DNA from: an uncultured delta proteobacterium
GTDB taxonomy: Bacteria; Desulfobacterota; Syntrophia; Syntrophales; UBA2192
Assembly: GCA_963705165.1 (NCBI GenBank)
Contig: CAVPJD010000030.1
Coordinates: 1-64,000, forward strand
Direction: 5' to 3'
Length of the DNA: 64,000 bases
In this document: piece after piece, positions 9,828 to 19,549 of the stretch
Layout: the number at the start of each line of letters is the position of its first letter
Numbering within the stretch: position 1 is the stretch's first letter
Notes under the pieces: model-generated
Told to the model about the DNA's origin: nothing
Databases searched by the model: none
The model's input: only the letters and a program-made list of their open reading frames with translations
Made by a program: the position numbers and the translations under genes

Positions 9828-10571
9828 ATGCAGGTCGTTGTCATCATCCCGTCGCGATATCAATCCACCCGCTTTATGGGGAAGCCGCTGGCCGATGTCC
9901 TTGGCAAGCCCATGATTCAGCATGTCTACGAGCAAGTATTGAAATCGAAGACCGCCTCTTTCGCCGCCGTGGCGACGGACGACCAGAGGATCTTCGAGGC
10001 CGTGGAAAAATTCGGCGGACGGGCCATCCTGACCTCGGCGGATCATCCCTCCGGGACGGACCGGATTGCCGAAGCAGCGGAAAAGCTCCGCCTTGCCGAT
10101 ACGGACATCGTCGTCAACATCCAGGGTGACCAGCCCACCTTCGAACCCACCCAGATCGATGAGGTCGTGAAGCCGCTCCTCGAGGATGCGGCCGTGGAGT
10201 TCTCGACGCTTATTTACAAGATTAAAAGGGACGAGGAGATCACCGACCCCAACGCCGTCAAGGTAGCCTTCGACAAAGACCACTTTGCCCTCTACTTCTC
10301 GCGCTCGACGATCCCCTTCGTGCGCGACCGGGGGAAGAAGGCCGATTACTGGAAGCACCACGGCATCTATGCCTACCGCAAGTCCTTCCTCGTTGCCTTC
10401 ACGAAGCTCCCCCAGGGCACCCTGGAGAAACTGGAGGCCCTGGAACAGCTCCGGGCACTGGAGCACGGCTACCGGATCAAGGTGGTGGAGACGGACTTCG
10501 ATTCCATCGAGGTGGACACGCCGCACGATCTCGAGCGGGTGAAGGCACTCATGGCCGGAAAGAAATCCTGA
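9828..10571 (+). CDS. kdsB: CMP-Kdo synthetase
   Basis: IPSRYQSTRFMGKPL, SGTDR, NIQGDQP, LYFSR, EALEQLRALE. Confidence 0.97.
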   Translation: MQVVVIIPSRYQSTRFMGKPLADVLGKPMIQHVYEQVLKSKTASFAAVATDDQRIFEAVEKFGGRAILTSADHPSGTDRIAEAAEKLRLADTDIVVNIQGDQPTFEPTQIDEVVKPLLEDAAVEFSTLIYKIKRDEEITDPNAVKVAFDKDHFALYFSRSTIPFVRDRGKKADYWKHHGIYAYRKSFLVAFTKLPQGTLEKLEALEQLRALEHGYRIKVVETDFDSIEVDTPHDLERVKALMAGKKS

Positions 10572-10579
10572 GGGGAACC

Positions 10580-11323
10580 GTGAAGATCATCGACTCCCAC
10601 ATGCACTGCGGCATCCAGAACTCGGAGCTTCCCATAGAGCTCATCCGGGCCTGGCTGGACCGTGCAGGCATCCAGGGGGCCTGCCTCTACCCCCCGGTTG
10701 AAGACATCTACGACCGCGACGACTATCACTTTGAGGACAACGCCCGCTGGGTCGCCTGCCGGCAGATGGCGAACGAGTACCTCCTCGAGATCCAGCAACG
10801 CGACCCCGACATCCACGCCTACTACTTCGTCTGGAACGATTTCCGCAAAGGCGAGCTGAAGAAGGGCTACCGGGGGATCAAGTGGCACCGTCACGAATAC
10901 GAGCCGGTCTATCACTACGATGACCCCGGCTGCGAGGCCTTTATTGCAGAGGCCATTCGGCTGCAGCTCCCTATCGTCCTGGAGGAGTCGTTCCAGAACA
11001 CCCTGTACTTCATCAAGCGTATCGCCGGGCGAACCCCCGTCATCATCCCGCACCTCGGGGGCCTCAACGGCGGATTCCGTGCGCTCTTCGAGGCTCACGT
11101 CTGGGATAGCGAAACGGTTTATGCCGACACGGCCCTGGCCTCGACGGGGGACATGGAAGTCTTCCTGAAGCGCTACGGGAGCCGCAAGCTTCTCTTCGGG
11201 AGCGACTTCCCTTTCGGCATCCCGTCCAGCGAGCTTTCGAAGATCCGTCACCTGGGGTTGAAGGACGCAGACTTCGAAAACGTGGTGAGCGGGAATATCC
11301 TGCAGCTCATCCAACAGGCATAG
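10580..11323 (+). CDS. Amidohydrolase_2 family metallohydrolase
   Basis: IIDSHMH, IIPHLG, LFGSDFP. Confidence 0.88.
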   Translation: MKIIDSHMHCGIQNSELPIELIRAWLDRAGIQGACLYPPVEDIYDRDDYHFEDNARWVACRQMANEYLLEIQQRDPDIHAYYFVWNDFRKGELKKGYRGIKWHRHEYEPVYHYDDPGCEAFIAEAIRLQLPIVLEESFQNTLYFIKRIAGRTPVIIPHLGGLNGGFRALFEAHVWDSETVYADTALASTGDMEVFLKRYGSRKLLFGSDFPFGIPSSELSKIRHLGLKDADFENVVSGNILQLIQQA

Positions 11324-11325
11324 AC

Positions 11326-11521
11326 GGCTGTTGACCGGGGGCGCATCACGCTGCGTGAATAGCGCTTATCCGTCGGCTTCATGCATGCGAAGATCGGAAG
11401 ATCAGAAGTGAGGAAGAGCGGACAAGAAAAAATCCTCCATCCACTCCGAGCTTCCGCTCTTCATCGCTTCTTGGCTTCCCTTTTTTCAGGGCGCCTTGCA
11501 TCCAGGCATTTTTGAACAGCC
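11326..11521 (+). mobile_element. MITE-like element with nested 8-mer inverted repeat array
   Basis: Termini GGCTGTTGA / TGAACAGCC (8/9 inverted match); internal GAAG- and CTTC-period-8 arms; related copies at 12716, 14276, 33352, 36040. Confidence 0.7.
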
Positions 11522-11551
11522 CGGGAAAACGCGAAAGAAAGGAAATGAGAC

Positions 11552-12193
11552 ATGAAGATTCTCGAAGGCCTCTACGGGTTTATCTGGCAGAGCGCGAGCG
11601 AAAACAACTGCAACAGCTTCTTCGTCGACGGCGCGAAGAAGATCCTTATCGACCCGGGTCACCGCCACCTCTTCCTGCATGTGAAACGCGGGCTGGCGCA
11701 GATCGAGACGACGCCCGAGCAGATCGACGTCGTCCTGGTGACCCACGGGCACCCCGATCACCTGGAGATGGTCGGTTCCTTCGGTCCCTCCACCCGGTGG
11801 GCCATGAGCCGTATCGACTACGAGTTCGTCATGAAGTACATCGGCTCCCGCATGGAGTTTCCCGCGCCGGCGTTTTTTCTCCAGGAGGGGGATCTCGTCA
11901 TCGGCGACAAGACCTTTCGGGTAATCCTGACTCCCGGCCATTCTCCGGGATCGGTCTGTCTGTACTGGCCGGAAAAAAAAGTGCTCTTTACGGGCGATGT
12001 GGTCTTCAGCCAGAGCATCGGCAGGACGGATCTGCCGGGAGGGTCGGGTAAACAGCTGAAGGAGAGCATCTCGAAGCTTGCAGAACTCGACGTGGAGGTT
12101 CTCTGCCCGGGTCACGGGGATGTTGTGGCCGGGCGCGAGAACGTGAAGAAGAACTTCAAGTTGATCAAGGACTTCTGGTTCAACCAGCTATAA
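11552..12193 (+). CDS. Metallo-beta-lactamase-fold hydrolase
   Basis: THGHPDH, TPGHSPG, FTGD, PGHG. Confidence 0.92.
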   Translation: MKILEGLYGFIWQSASENNCNSFFVDGAKKILIDPGHRHLFLHVKRGLAQIETTPEQIDVVLVTHGHPDHLEMVGSFGPSTRWAMSRIDYEFVMKYIGSRMEFPAPAFFLQEGDLVIGDKTFRVILTPGHSPGSVCLYWPEKKVLFTGDVVFSQSIGRTDLPGGSGKQLKESISKLAELDVEVLCPGHGDVVAGRENVKKNFKLIKDFWFNQL

Positions 12194-12701
12194 TCGCTGA
12201 AAAGCGCTTCGCGCAGGCCGCTTGCATCTCCTCCCTGCGGGCCTTCCACTGAGGGTCCGCCTCCGGGTTAGGCAGGACGGCGGGCCCCGTGATTCCTTTC
12301 GATTCCAGGTCCTTCTTCTGGTGCTCGGCGAGCACGGCCTTCCGGGAGGTCGCGTCCTCCCTGCAGGCCGTGAGTGCTTCCCGGAGCCTGTCCGGGGATG
12401 TCCCGACAAGTTCGTTGACGAACAGGAAAAGCCGCTCGTTGTCCGCCTCGGGGTCGACGTGTCCTGCAAGGGCATTCTTCAAGACCCCCGTCACTTCCGC
12501 CGCAGAGCCGCTTTTTTTCTCTTTTGCAAGCTCGTCCCTGGCGCCGCCGAGGGTGAGCTTGTCGTCCAGGAGCCTCTGGACGAGGCCCCTGAGGCGCTTT
12601 TCGCGCTCCTGCCGTTGATAGGACTCGCGCTCCTCGGGGCTTGCGGCGAGGCTCTTCGTCCTTTCCATGATGAGGTCGATGGTGCTCTTGATCTCCGCCA
12701 T
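12180..12701 (-). CDS. Conserved hypothetical protein (MAEIKSTIDLIMERT N-terminus, DUF6657-like)
   Basis: GAGGAG RBS before ATG 12701; helical composition; the longer ORF-track start lies in repeat DNA. Confidence 0.75.
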   Translation of the reverse strand: MAEIKSTIDLIMERTKSLAASPEERESYQRQEREKRLRGLVQRLLDDKLTLGGARDELAKEKKSGSAAEVTGVLKNALAGHVDPEADNERLFLFVNELVGTSPDRLREALTACREDATSRKAVLAEHQKKDLESKGITGPAVLPNPEADPQWKARREEMQAACAKRFSAIIAG

Positions 12702-12715
12702 GTTCTTTCTCCTCG

Positions 12716-12866
12716 GGCAGTTGACCAGGACGCATCCCGCTGATTGCCTTGCGATTGCTTGCAGCGTCAAGTTCGCGAAGCTCGGAAGAGCAGAAGCGAG
12801 GAAGAGAGGATAAGAAGAAATCTTCCATCCACGCCGCTGTTCCGCTCTTCTTCTCTTCCTAACTTC
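12716..12866 (+). mobile_element. Degenerate copy of the MITE-like 8-mer element
   Basis: GGCAGTTGACC..CGCATCCCGCTG start and gaagctcggaagagcagaagcgaggaagag core; right end degraded. Confidence 0.65.
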
Positions 12867-12976
12867 GTCACGCTTTTCTTCGGGTGGCCCCGAAGCATAA
12901 TCCATCCCAGATAAAATGTCCACGAAAAAGGCATCGGTGCGAGGAGCCCCCTTGTGCCGGCAAATTTTATGTCTTT

Positions 12977-13008
12977 CCGGAGGCCGGAAGCCCGAAGACC
13001 GAAGCCTG
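12977..13008. repeat. Degenerate 7-mer tandem repeat
   Basis: ccggagg ccggaag cccgaag accgaag. Confidence 0.65.
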
Positions 13009-13022
13009 CCGCGCAGCGGCGG

Positions 13023-14252
13023 CTAGGTCCGGATGATGTCGACAGGCTCGAACTGGGTGGCCTTTTTCGACGGGTAGATACCGGCCAGAATCCCCACGAG
13101 GACGGAGGCGCCAAAGGCGATGGCGAGGCCGGAGAGGGACAGTGTGAAGGGATATTTCAGGACACGGAGCAGAACGACACTGAGCAGCGCTCCCGAGAAG
13201 ACGCCGATCGTCCCGCCTGCCAGCGAGATGATGGACGACTCGATGAGAAACTGCAGAATGATGTCGCGCTTGCGCGAGCCCACGGCGCGGCGGATGCCGA
13301 TCTCGAGTTTGCGCTCGTTCACGATGAGGATCATGATGGAAAGGATGCCGATCCCGCCGATGATGAACGAAACCGCCGCGGCGATCCGTCCCAAGACCGT
13401 GATCAGATCCATGGCCTGTGTCTTGAGGGCCAGGACGTCCTTCATGTCGATGACGGCAAAATCGTCGTTCTGTCCCGGCCCGATCTTGTGACGCTTTCGC
13501 AGAAGGTTTTCGATGTCTGTCTTGGCCGCGGGGATGAACTCGCCGCTGGTGACCTGGACATAGACGTTGTTGACGTTGGTCTTGTTGACCAGGGCCTTGA
13601 GGAAAATCTGCAGCGGGACGAAGATCTGGCTGTCCTGGTCGGCGCCGGACACATCGGTCCCCTTCTCTTCCATAATTCCGATCACCTGAAAGGGCACGCG
13701 CCAGATCAGGATGTATTTCCCGATCGGGTCTTCATCGCCGAAGAGCTTCTCCACGACGGTGCGCCCCAGGACGGCCACCTTGTTGCGGTCCTGGTTGTCC
13801 TGCTCGGTGACGAAGCTTCCCTCCCGGACATGAAAGTTCCGGATGTCCTGGAAGTTCGGCTCGACCCCGTTCACGAGAATGCCCTTCAGCACCGTGTTCC
13901 CGTAACGGACGGGAAAGGTCTTGTACCCGGCTGCAGACAGGTCGGCGACCGAGGAGACCGAATCCTGGATGGCACGGGCATCCTCCGGGGTGAGGTTTGT
14001 CGCTCCGCTCATCAGGGGCGTTCCGGTTCCCACGCGCCGCACGATGCCGCTGCGGACGATGAGAAGGTCCTTCCCCAGGCTGTCGATTTCCTGTTCGGTC
14101 TTGATGGCCAGCGAGCCCGAGAGATTCGAGACGATGATGAGCGAAAAGGTCCCGAAGAAGACACCCAGCACCGCAAGCGAGGTGCGCCATTTGAACTGCA
14201 CCAGCGAGCGGCGAGCGATCTTCAGATTGAGCAGGATGCGTCTCAGGTCCAT
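13023..14252 (-). CDS. MacB/FtsX-family ABC permease
   Basis: GGIGILSIM..V.ER..EIGIRRAVG, QFLIES, GIYPSKKA. Confidence 0.95.
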   Translation of the reverse strand: MDLRRILLNLKIARRSLVQFKWRTSLAVLGVFFGTFSLIIVSNLSGSLAIKTEQEIDSLGKDLLIVRSGIVRRVGTGTPLMSGATNLTPEDARAIQDSVSSVADLSAAGYKTFPVRYGNTVLKGILVNGVEPNFQDIRNFHVREGSFVTEQDNQDRNKVAVLGRTVVEKLFGDEDPIGKYILIWRVPFQVIGIMEEKGTDVSGADQDSQIFVPLQIFLKALVNKTNVNNVYVQVTSGEFIPAAKTDIENLLRKRHKIGPGQNDDFAVIDMKDVLALKTQAMDLITVLGRIAAAVSFIIGGIGILSIMILIVNERKLEIGIRRAVGSRKRDIILQFLIESSIISLAGGTIGVFSGALLSVVLLRVLKYPFTLSLSGLAIAFGASVLVGILAGIYPSKKATQFEPVDIIRT

Positions 14253-14275
14253 CGTACCATCGCTTCTGTCGCTAC

Positions 14276-14420
14276 GGTTTCAAAGGGCCCGGATGACAGG
14301 CGCCTTCGAGTGAACGAGGTCAGGAAGTTATGAAGAGCGGAAGCGCGGAGTGGATGGAAGAATTTTCTTGTCCGCTCTTCTTCACTTCTGCTCTTCCGAT
14401 CTTCACGGGCTCGAAGCCCT
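14276..14420 (-). mobile_element. Copy of the MITE-like 8-mer element (reverse orientation)
   Basis: Reverse complement gaagatcggaagagcagaagtgaagaagagcggacaagaaaattcttccatccactccg...ggcgcctgtcatccgggccctttgaa closely matches 11389-11517. Confidence 0.75.
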
Positions 14421-14469
14421 CGACTGAACGCAATCGATCACTGCACCCAGTGCTTCGTTCAGTCAGGTC

Positions 14470-15684
14470 CTAGGTCCGGATGGCCTCAATCGGCACCAAA
14501 TTCGCCGCCTGCCTCGCCGGATGCAGCCCGAAGCCCACCCCGACGATCCAGGACAACACCATGCCGATGGCAAAGGCCTTCCAGGAGAAATAGACGGGAA
14601 ACTCGGCCACGTACGTGAGAAGCTGCGCCGAGATCACGCCGAGGATGAAGCCGGCGATGCCCCCGGCGGTCGTGATCATCACGGCCTCCGTCAGAAACTG
14701 CATCAGGATATCTTTTTTGCGGGCGCCCACGGCGCGGCGGACCCCGATTTCCTTGACCCGTTCCTTCACGGAAAGTAAAAACAGGTTCGCCAGGACGAAA
14801 CCGGCGACGATGAGAGAAATGACGCCCACGATCCCGATAAAGACGACGAGCGACCCCGTGAGGGCAACGAGGAACTTGACGATGTCCTTGGGGGTGAAGA
14901 TCCGGAAGTCATCGGGCTGCCCGTCGGGGATCCGGTGACGGTAGCGGAGCAGTCGCTTGAGCTCCTCGACACGACCGTCCACGTTTTCCAGGTCGGCGAA
15001 GCGCAGGCGCATGCCCACCACGTAGCGCGACTCATTCTGGAGTTTTTTCATCACCGTCGTGTAGGGCATGACGATGCGGTTGTCGAGACTGGAGCCTCCC
15101 GGCGAGGTGCCGCGCTCGGAGAGCACGCCCACGATCTGGACGGGAAGGTTGCGCACCTGGACGAACTTGCCCACGGGGCTCTCTTCGCCGAAAAGTTCCC
15201 GGGCAACCTCCTGACCCATGATCCCCACGTTGGCGTAGCGCCGGATATCCTCGTGGGTGAAGTCGGAGCCCTCGACGACGGGCCATGTCCAGGCCTGGCT
15301 GTAGTCGCTCGAGGAGCCCACGATCTGGGTCTGATAGCGGTTTCCCCTGTAGGAGACGTTGACATTGCCCGCCCATGTCGTGGGGATGACGATGTAGGCC
15401 GTGGGGAAGGCCTGGCGAGTGGCTTCCACATCGTCCAGGGTGATCGTTTTTTCCCGCTGGCCGATGGCGCGGGCCTCATCGCTTCCGCTCATGACCATGA
15501 CGGAATCGGGGCCGAAGCTGGCCACGATGTCGAAGGCTTTCTTGTAGGCGCCTTCCGTGGCGGCCACGATGATCGTGATGGCCGCGATTCCCAGGGCAAC
15601 GCTCACCAGGCAGAAAAAGGTCCTGAGCTTGAAGGCCTTGACGGCCTCGAAGGATTGGGTGAGCAGTAAGGTGAAGCGTTCCAT
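14470..15684 (-). CDS. MacB/FtsX-family ABC permease
   Basis: SVKERVKEIGVRRAVGA, QFLTEA, GLHPARQAA. Confidence 0.95.
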   Translation of the reverse strand: MERFTLLLTQSFEAVKAFKLRTFFCLVSVALGIAAITIIVAATEGAYKKAFDIVASFGPDSVMVMSGSDEARAIGQREKTITLDDVEATRQAFPTAYIVIPTTWAGNVNVSYRGNRYQTQIVGSSSDYSQAWTWPVVEGSDFTHEDIRRYANVGIMGQEVARELFGEESPVGKFVQVRNLPVQIVGVLSERGTSPGGSSLDNRIVMPYTTVMKKLQNESRYVVGMRLRFADLENVDGRVEELKRLLRYRHRIPDGQPDDFRIFTPKDIVKFLVALTGSLVVFIGIVGVISLIVAGFVLANLFLLSVKERVKEIGVRRAVGARKKDILMQFLTEAVMITTAGGIAGFILGVISAQLLTYVAEFPVYFSWKAFAIGMVLSWIVGVGFGLHPARQAANLVPIEAIRT

Positions 15685-15689
15685 GAAAA

Positions 15690-15780
15690 CAGGCTCCAGG
15701 CATCAGGCGTCAGGCGTCAGGGCAGGAAAAGAGAGGAAAACGCTCTTCCTGGTGCCTGAAGCCCCGTGCCCAATGCCTAT
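15690..15780. repeat. Inverted 7-mer tandem-repeat hairpin
   Basis: caggctc caggcat caggcgt caggcgt cagggca ... tgcctga agccccg tgcccaa tgcctat; includes the ATPase stop codon. Confidence 0.8.
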
Positions 15781-16451
15781 TCGCTTATGATCCCGTCCCG
15801 GATCTGGATGATCCGGCGGGCGTAGGCGGCGATGTCGGCGTCGTGGGTGATGACCACAACCGTCTTGCCCCGTTCGTTCGCCCGGGTCAGGACGTTCATG
15901 ATCTCTTCGGCGGTGCGGCTGTCGAGCTGGCCCGTGGGCTCGTCGGCCAGAAGCAGCTCGGGGTCGTTGATGAGGGCCCTGCAGATGGCAACGCGCTGTT
16001 GCTCGCCGCCCGAGAGCTGGGTCGGGCGGAACTTGATCCGCTCCTCGAGCCCGACGAGCGTCAGCAGCTCAACGGCCCGGTCACGGACGCGGTCCTTTTT
16101 CTTCTCCCGGTAGAGCGTGGGGACAAGGACGTTTTCGAGCACGGTGGCGTAAGGCAGGAGGTAGAAGCTCTGGAAGACGAAACCGATGTGCTCGTTGCGC
16201 AGCTCCGAGAGCTCGTCGTCGTTGAGCTGGGTCACGTCTCGCCCGGCGAGAGTGAAGCGGCCCGAGGTGGGGACGTCCAGGCAGCCCATGAGGTTCATCA
16301 GCGTAGACTTACCGGACCCGGAGGTCCCCATGATGGCCGTGAATTCGCCCTGCTCGATCGTGAGGTTGATCCCCTTGAGGACCTGCAGATCCTGGTCCCC
16401 CACATGAAAGCTCTTGGTGATATTTTCCATGATGCAGACGGGGGAGGCCAT
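15777..16451 (-). CDS. MacB/LolD-type ABC ATP-binding protein
   Basis: [29 protein letters not shown]; start ATG 16451 overlaps the MFP stop. Confidence 0.96.
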   Translation of the reverse strand: MASPVCIMENITKSFHVGDQDLQVLKGINLTIEQGEFTAIMGTSGSGKSTLMNLMGCLDVPTSGRFTLAGRDVTQLNDDELSELRNEHIGFVFQSFYLLPYATVLENVLVPTLYREKKKDRVRDRAVELLTLVGLEERIKFRPTQLSGGEQQRVAICRALINDPELLLADEPTGQLDSRTAEEIMNVLTRANERGKTVVVITHDADIAAYARRIIQIRDGIISE

Positions 16452-17707
16452 TACTTGGAAGCCCCCTTCTGCTGGCCCTGCGGGTCGGTCGTCACCGGCA
16501 GGACGATCTTCGTCGCGAGCACGTCGCCTTCGTTTGCCCCGGAGAGGATCTCCGTCTTGTCCTCGCCGCGAATCCCGATCTTGATTCCCAGCTTCTCCAC
16601 CTTGTTCTTTCCCGTGACCCGGTAGGCGACCTGCTTTCCCCGCTCGAATTTGATGGCGGCGTTGGGTGCCGTGAGAATGTTCGCCTTCTCCTCCGTGATG
16701 ATCCGCACGTGGGTGGTCATCTCCGGCTTGAGGAAGGCGGCGTCTTCCGGGGAGACCTTCATGGTGGAGAGGTAGTAGACGATGTTCTCCTTGACGACGG
16801 GCTGGGGGTAGATCTTCTCGATCTTGCCCTTGAAGGTCTTTGCCGGGTAGGTGTCGACGTAGAATTCCACGTCCTGACCGACGGCGGCCTTTCCGATGTC
16901 CGTCTCGTCGACGTAAATCCACATCTCGAGCCTCGTGGGATCGAGGACGGTCACGAGGTTTGCGACCTGGAGTCCCGCCACGATCGTCTCGCCCTCCTGG
17001 GCCGTCACGTCGGAGACGACGCCGTCGATGGGGGCGAAGATCTTCGTGTAGGTCATCCGGACTTCCTGCTGGCGCAGGCGGGCCTGGATCTCCTCGACGC
17101 TGGATTTCGAAATCGTGAGCTGCGTCCGGTACTCGTCCTGGAGGCGCTTCAGGACGGCTTCGGCGGCAATGAACTGGCTCTCGGCCTTGTCGACGGAGTC
17201 CTTCGTCGTGTACTCGAACTTCAGCAGTTCCCGCTCCCGCTCCACATTCACCTTGGCATAATCGTGGTTCGCCCGGGCCTCCCGGATCCGCTCGGGGTAG
17301 GTCTGTTCGACCTGGGTGAGTGAGTTTCGCGCCGACACGAGCGCGGCCTGCTGCTGCCCGATCTGCTCGCGGATCTCGCGATCGTCGACCAGCGCGATGA
17401 GCTGGCCCGCCTTGACGCGGTCGCCCACTTTGACATTCATTTTCTGGATCCGTCCCGTCGTCTGGGCGCCGATCTTGACGACGGCCCCCACCTGGGACTT
17501 GATGATCCCGGTCTCCACCAGGACCCCGCGAATGCTGCCTTTTTCGACGGTTCCGGTGTCCAGGACCTGGGTGGCCGGCTTGACCAGGAAGACTCGCCAG
17601 ACCACAACGACCACCAGAAGAAGCACGACGGCGATACCGGCCAGGAGGATGATTTTTTTCTTCGTCGGGAGCGCTTTGATCGTTGTGAGATTCATGGGCA
17701 ATGGCAT
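16451..17707 (-). CDS. MacA-like periplasmic adaptor (membrane fusion protein)
   Basis: N-terminal TM helix, VKVGDRVKAGQL, coiled coil, IFAPIDGVV, VDETDIG. Confidence 0.93.
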   Translation of the reverse strand: MPLPMNLTTIKALPTKKKIILLAGIAVVLLLVVVVVWRVFLVKPATQVLDTGTVEKGSIRGVLVETGIIKSQVGAVVKIGAQTTGRIQKMNVKVGDRVKAGQLIALVDDREIREQIGQQQAALVSARNSLTQVEQTYPERIREARANHDYAKVNVERERELLKFEYTTKDSVDKAESQFIAAEAVLKRLQDEYRTQLTISKSSVEEIQARLRQQEVRMTYTKIFAPIDGVVSDVTAQEGETIVAGLQVANLVTVLDPTRLEMWIYVDETDIGKAAVGQDVEFYVDTYPAKTFKGKIEKIYPQPVVKENIVYYLSTMKVSPEDAAFLKPEMTTHVRIITEEKANILTAPNAAIKFERGKQVAYRVTGKNKVEKLGIKIGIRGEDKTEILSGANEGDVLATKIVLPVTTDPQGQQKGASK

Positions 17708-17732
17708 CCGTCCTTCGAGGTTTTTTCAGGGC

Positions 17733-19067
17733 CTAACGGGGTCTCGCTTCGCTGGGCTGCCGCGAATCCGCCTGGAGGGATTCGAGGCGATCGATGCCGG
17801 AGACCCTCTCCAAAAGAGCCTTTGAGAGGTAAAGGTTGAGCTTCGCCACAACATCTTGCTCCCGCGCCTGCGCCAGCAGGGTCTCGGCAAACACGACCGA
17901 CAGGATGTCTCCCTTGCCGACCTTGTATTCGCCGAAGGCCTGATCGTAGTTCTGCAGGGCCTGCGTGAGCTGCTCGTCGGCGACTTTCACGTTGCGAGAG
18001 GTGGTGATGAAGTCCTCGTAGCTCTTGCGCAACTCGAGCCTCAGCGAGCGCTCAGTTTCCTTGAAGTTCTGTGCCGCCGTCAGGGTGTCAATGGAGGCGG
18101 CTTTTCTCCGGAAAAACTTTCCCAGCTCGAAGAGGTTCCAGCTGGCCAGAAGCGAGGCCGAGCGGTCCTCGTAAGGGTTTCCATAGACGAACGCAGTACT
18201 CGAAGCCGGGTTGCTCGTGTCCGTCCGGGTATAGTTCAGATTTCCCGACAGGACCGGAAGAAAGTCGCCCGTCGATATCCCTTCGACGCTTTCGGCGCGC
18301 TTGACCGCAAGCTCGGCCTGGAGGATCTCGGGGCGCCGCAGCAGGGCCTGTTCCAGGCTCTTCTCGTCCGGCAGGGGGAGATCGAAGGTCAGGACACCCT
18401 GGAGCTCGGCGGCGTCGGCAATACGTGTGCCGATGAGGGAGCTCAGCTCCGAGAGGCTCTTCTGGAGGCTGCCTTCCGCCTGAACCAGGTTGAAGCGGGC
18501 CTGCTCCAATCGCACAGAGACCTGAAGAACGTCGGAGAGCCTTGCCACGCCGAACTTTCTCCGCCCCTCGGCCACCTCGTAGTTTTTCCGGGCATTCTCG
18601 AGCTGTATTTTCCTCTGCTCGAGGATGCCCCTGGATGCCAGGGTCGTGTAGAAAGAGGACTTGACGCTGAACTGGAGGTCCAGGAGGCTCTTTCGAAGAC
18701 CTTCCTGCTCGGAGTTGAAACTGTAGCGGGCGATATCCCGTGTATAGCCCCTCTTGTAGTCGAAGAGCTTGAGCGAGGCGGTCACGTCGAAGCTGTTGCT
18801 GGAGGAGTCGTAGCCCGCGATGTTGCGCCGGATCGCGGTCCCGGCGGCATCGACACTGGGAACATAGGCCCCGAGGGTGGCCTTGTAGAGGGCCTCCGAG
18901 GACTGTACGCGTGTTCCCTGCGCCTGGTAGGAGGGCAGGGTTGATCTGGCCAGCGCGAGAGCCTCCTCGAGAGTGAGAGCCGGGGAGGACGCGGGCACAA
19001 GCACGACCGCCAGAGAGACGAGCGACAGGGTGAAATAAACCGTTTCAATCAACCTGCGGCAGACCAT
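17733..19067 (-). CDS. TolC-family outer membrane protein
   Basis: Signal peptide, LTLEEAL, RRPEIL, YKVG repeats; GAGGTG RBS before ATG 19067. Confidence 0.92.
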   Translation of the reverse strand: MVCRRLIETVYFTLSLVSLAVVLVPASSPALTLEEALALARSTLPSYQAQGTRVQSSEALYKATLGAYVPSVDAAGTAIRRNIAGYDSSSNSFDVTASLKLFDYKRGYTRDIARYSFNSEQEGLRKSLLDLQFSVKSSFYTTLASRGILEQRKIQLENARKNYEVAEGRRKFGVARLSDVLQVSVRLEQARFNLVQAEGSLQKSLSELSSLIGTRIADAAELQGVLTFDLPLPDEKSLEQALLRRPEILQAELAVKRAESVEGISTGDFLPVLSGNLNYTRTDTSNPASSTAFVYGNPYEDRSASLLASWNLFELGKFFRRKAASIDTLTAAQNFKETERSLRLELRKSYEDFITTSRNVKVADEQLTQALQNYDQAFGEYKVGKGDILSVVFAETLLAQAREQDVVAKLNLYLSKALLERVSGIDRLESLQADSRQPSEARPR

Positions 19068-19120
19068 AATGTCACCTCGATGACAGGGGAAGCGATCCGA
19101 TGAGTTGTACACCCATGGAA

Positions 19121-19136
19121 TGGCAATAACTTTGCT
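19121..19136 (+). promoter_or_regulatory. Candidate sigma54 promoter (+)
   Basis: TGGCAATAACTTTGCT has correct -24 GG / -12 GC spacing. Confidence 0.45.
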
Positions 19137-19213
19137 AATGTATGAAGTTTCAAGCCCCTTTCGCAAGCATAATTTCACGATTGAGCCCGGCAGGGCAAGA
19201 CCAGGCACACAAT

Positions 19214-19229
19214 AGCATGAGGCATGCCA
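19214..19229 (-). promoter_or_regulatory. Candidate sigma54 promoter for the tolC-macAB operon
   Basis: Minus strand TGGCATGCCTCATGCT, -24/-12 spacing, ~150 bp upstream of tolC. Confidence 0.45.
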
Positions 19230-19549
19230 CAGGCCTTAAGTGTTTTAACATCATGAAAGCATTACGAAAAAATGATTTGCGGAGCGGCAGGACCCGGTCC
19301 GGCAGTGATCATGAGGATAATATTTATCCAGTTTATGCATCCAGCTGAATAATTATTATGCGAGGCACATTCTGGCCTCAAGCACAGTCCTTGTCTTAAA
19401 CCCGATATCTTTCATTTTTCAACGCTGCAATTTATGATATGGAAACATGAGAATTGTCCGGTCTCCCCGGGGCCGTCAGTGCGGGCCGGCTTGGAGGGGA
19501 CGCGATCGCGCCTGCTCTCGGCGAGAAGGAGAAAGAGAAGGAGATTGTT

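Noticed and set aside
11389..14420. Recurrent GAAG/CTTC repeats as a CRISPR array
   Set aside because: No identical direct repeats with unique regular spacers and no cas genes.
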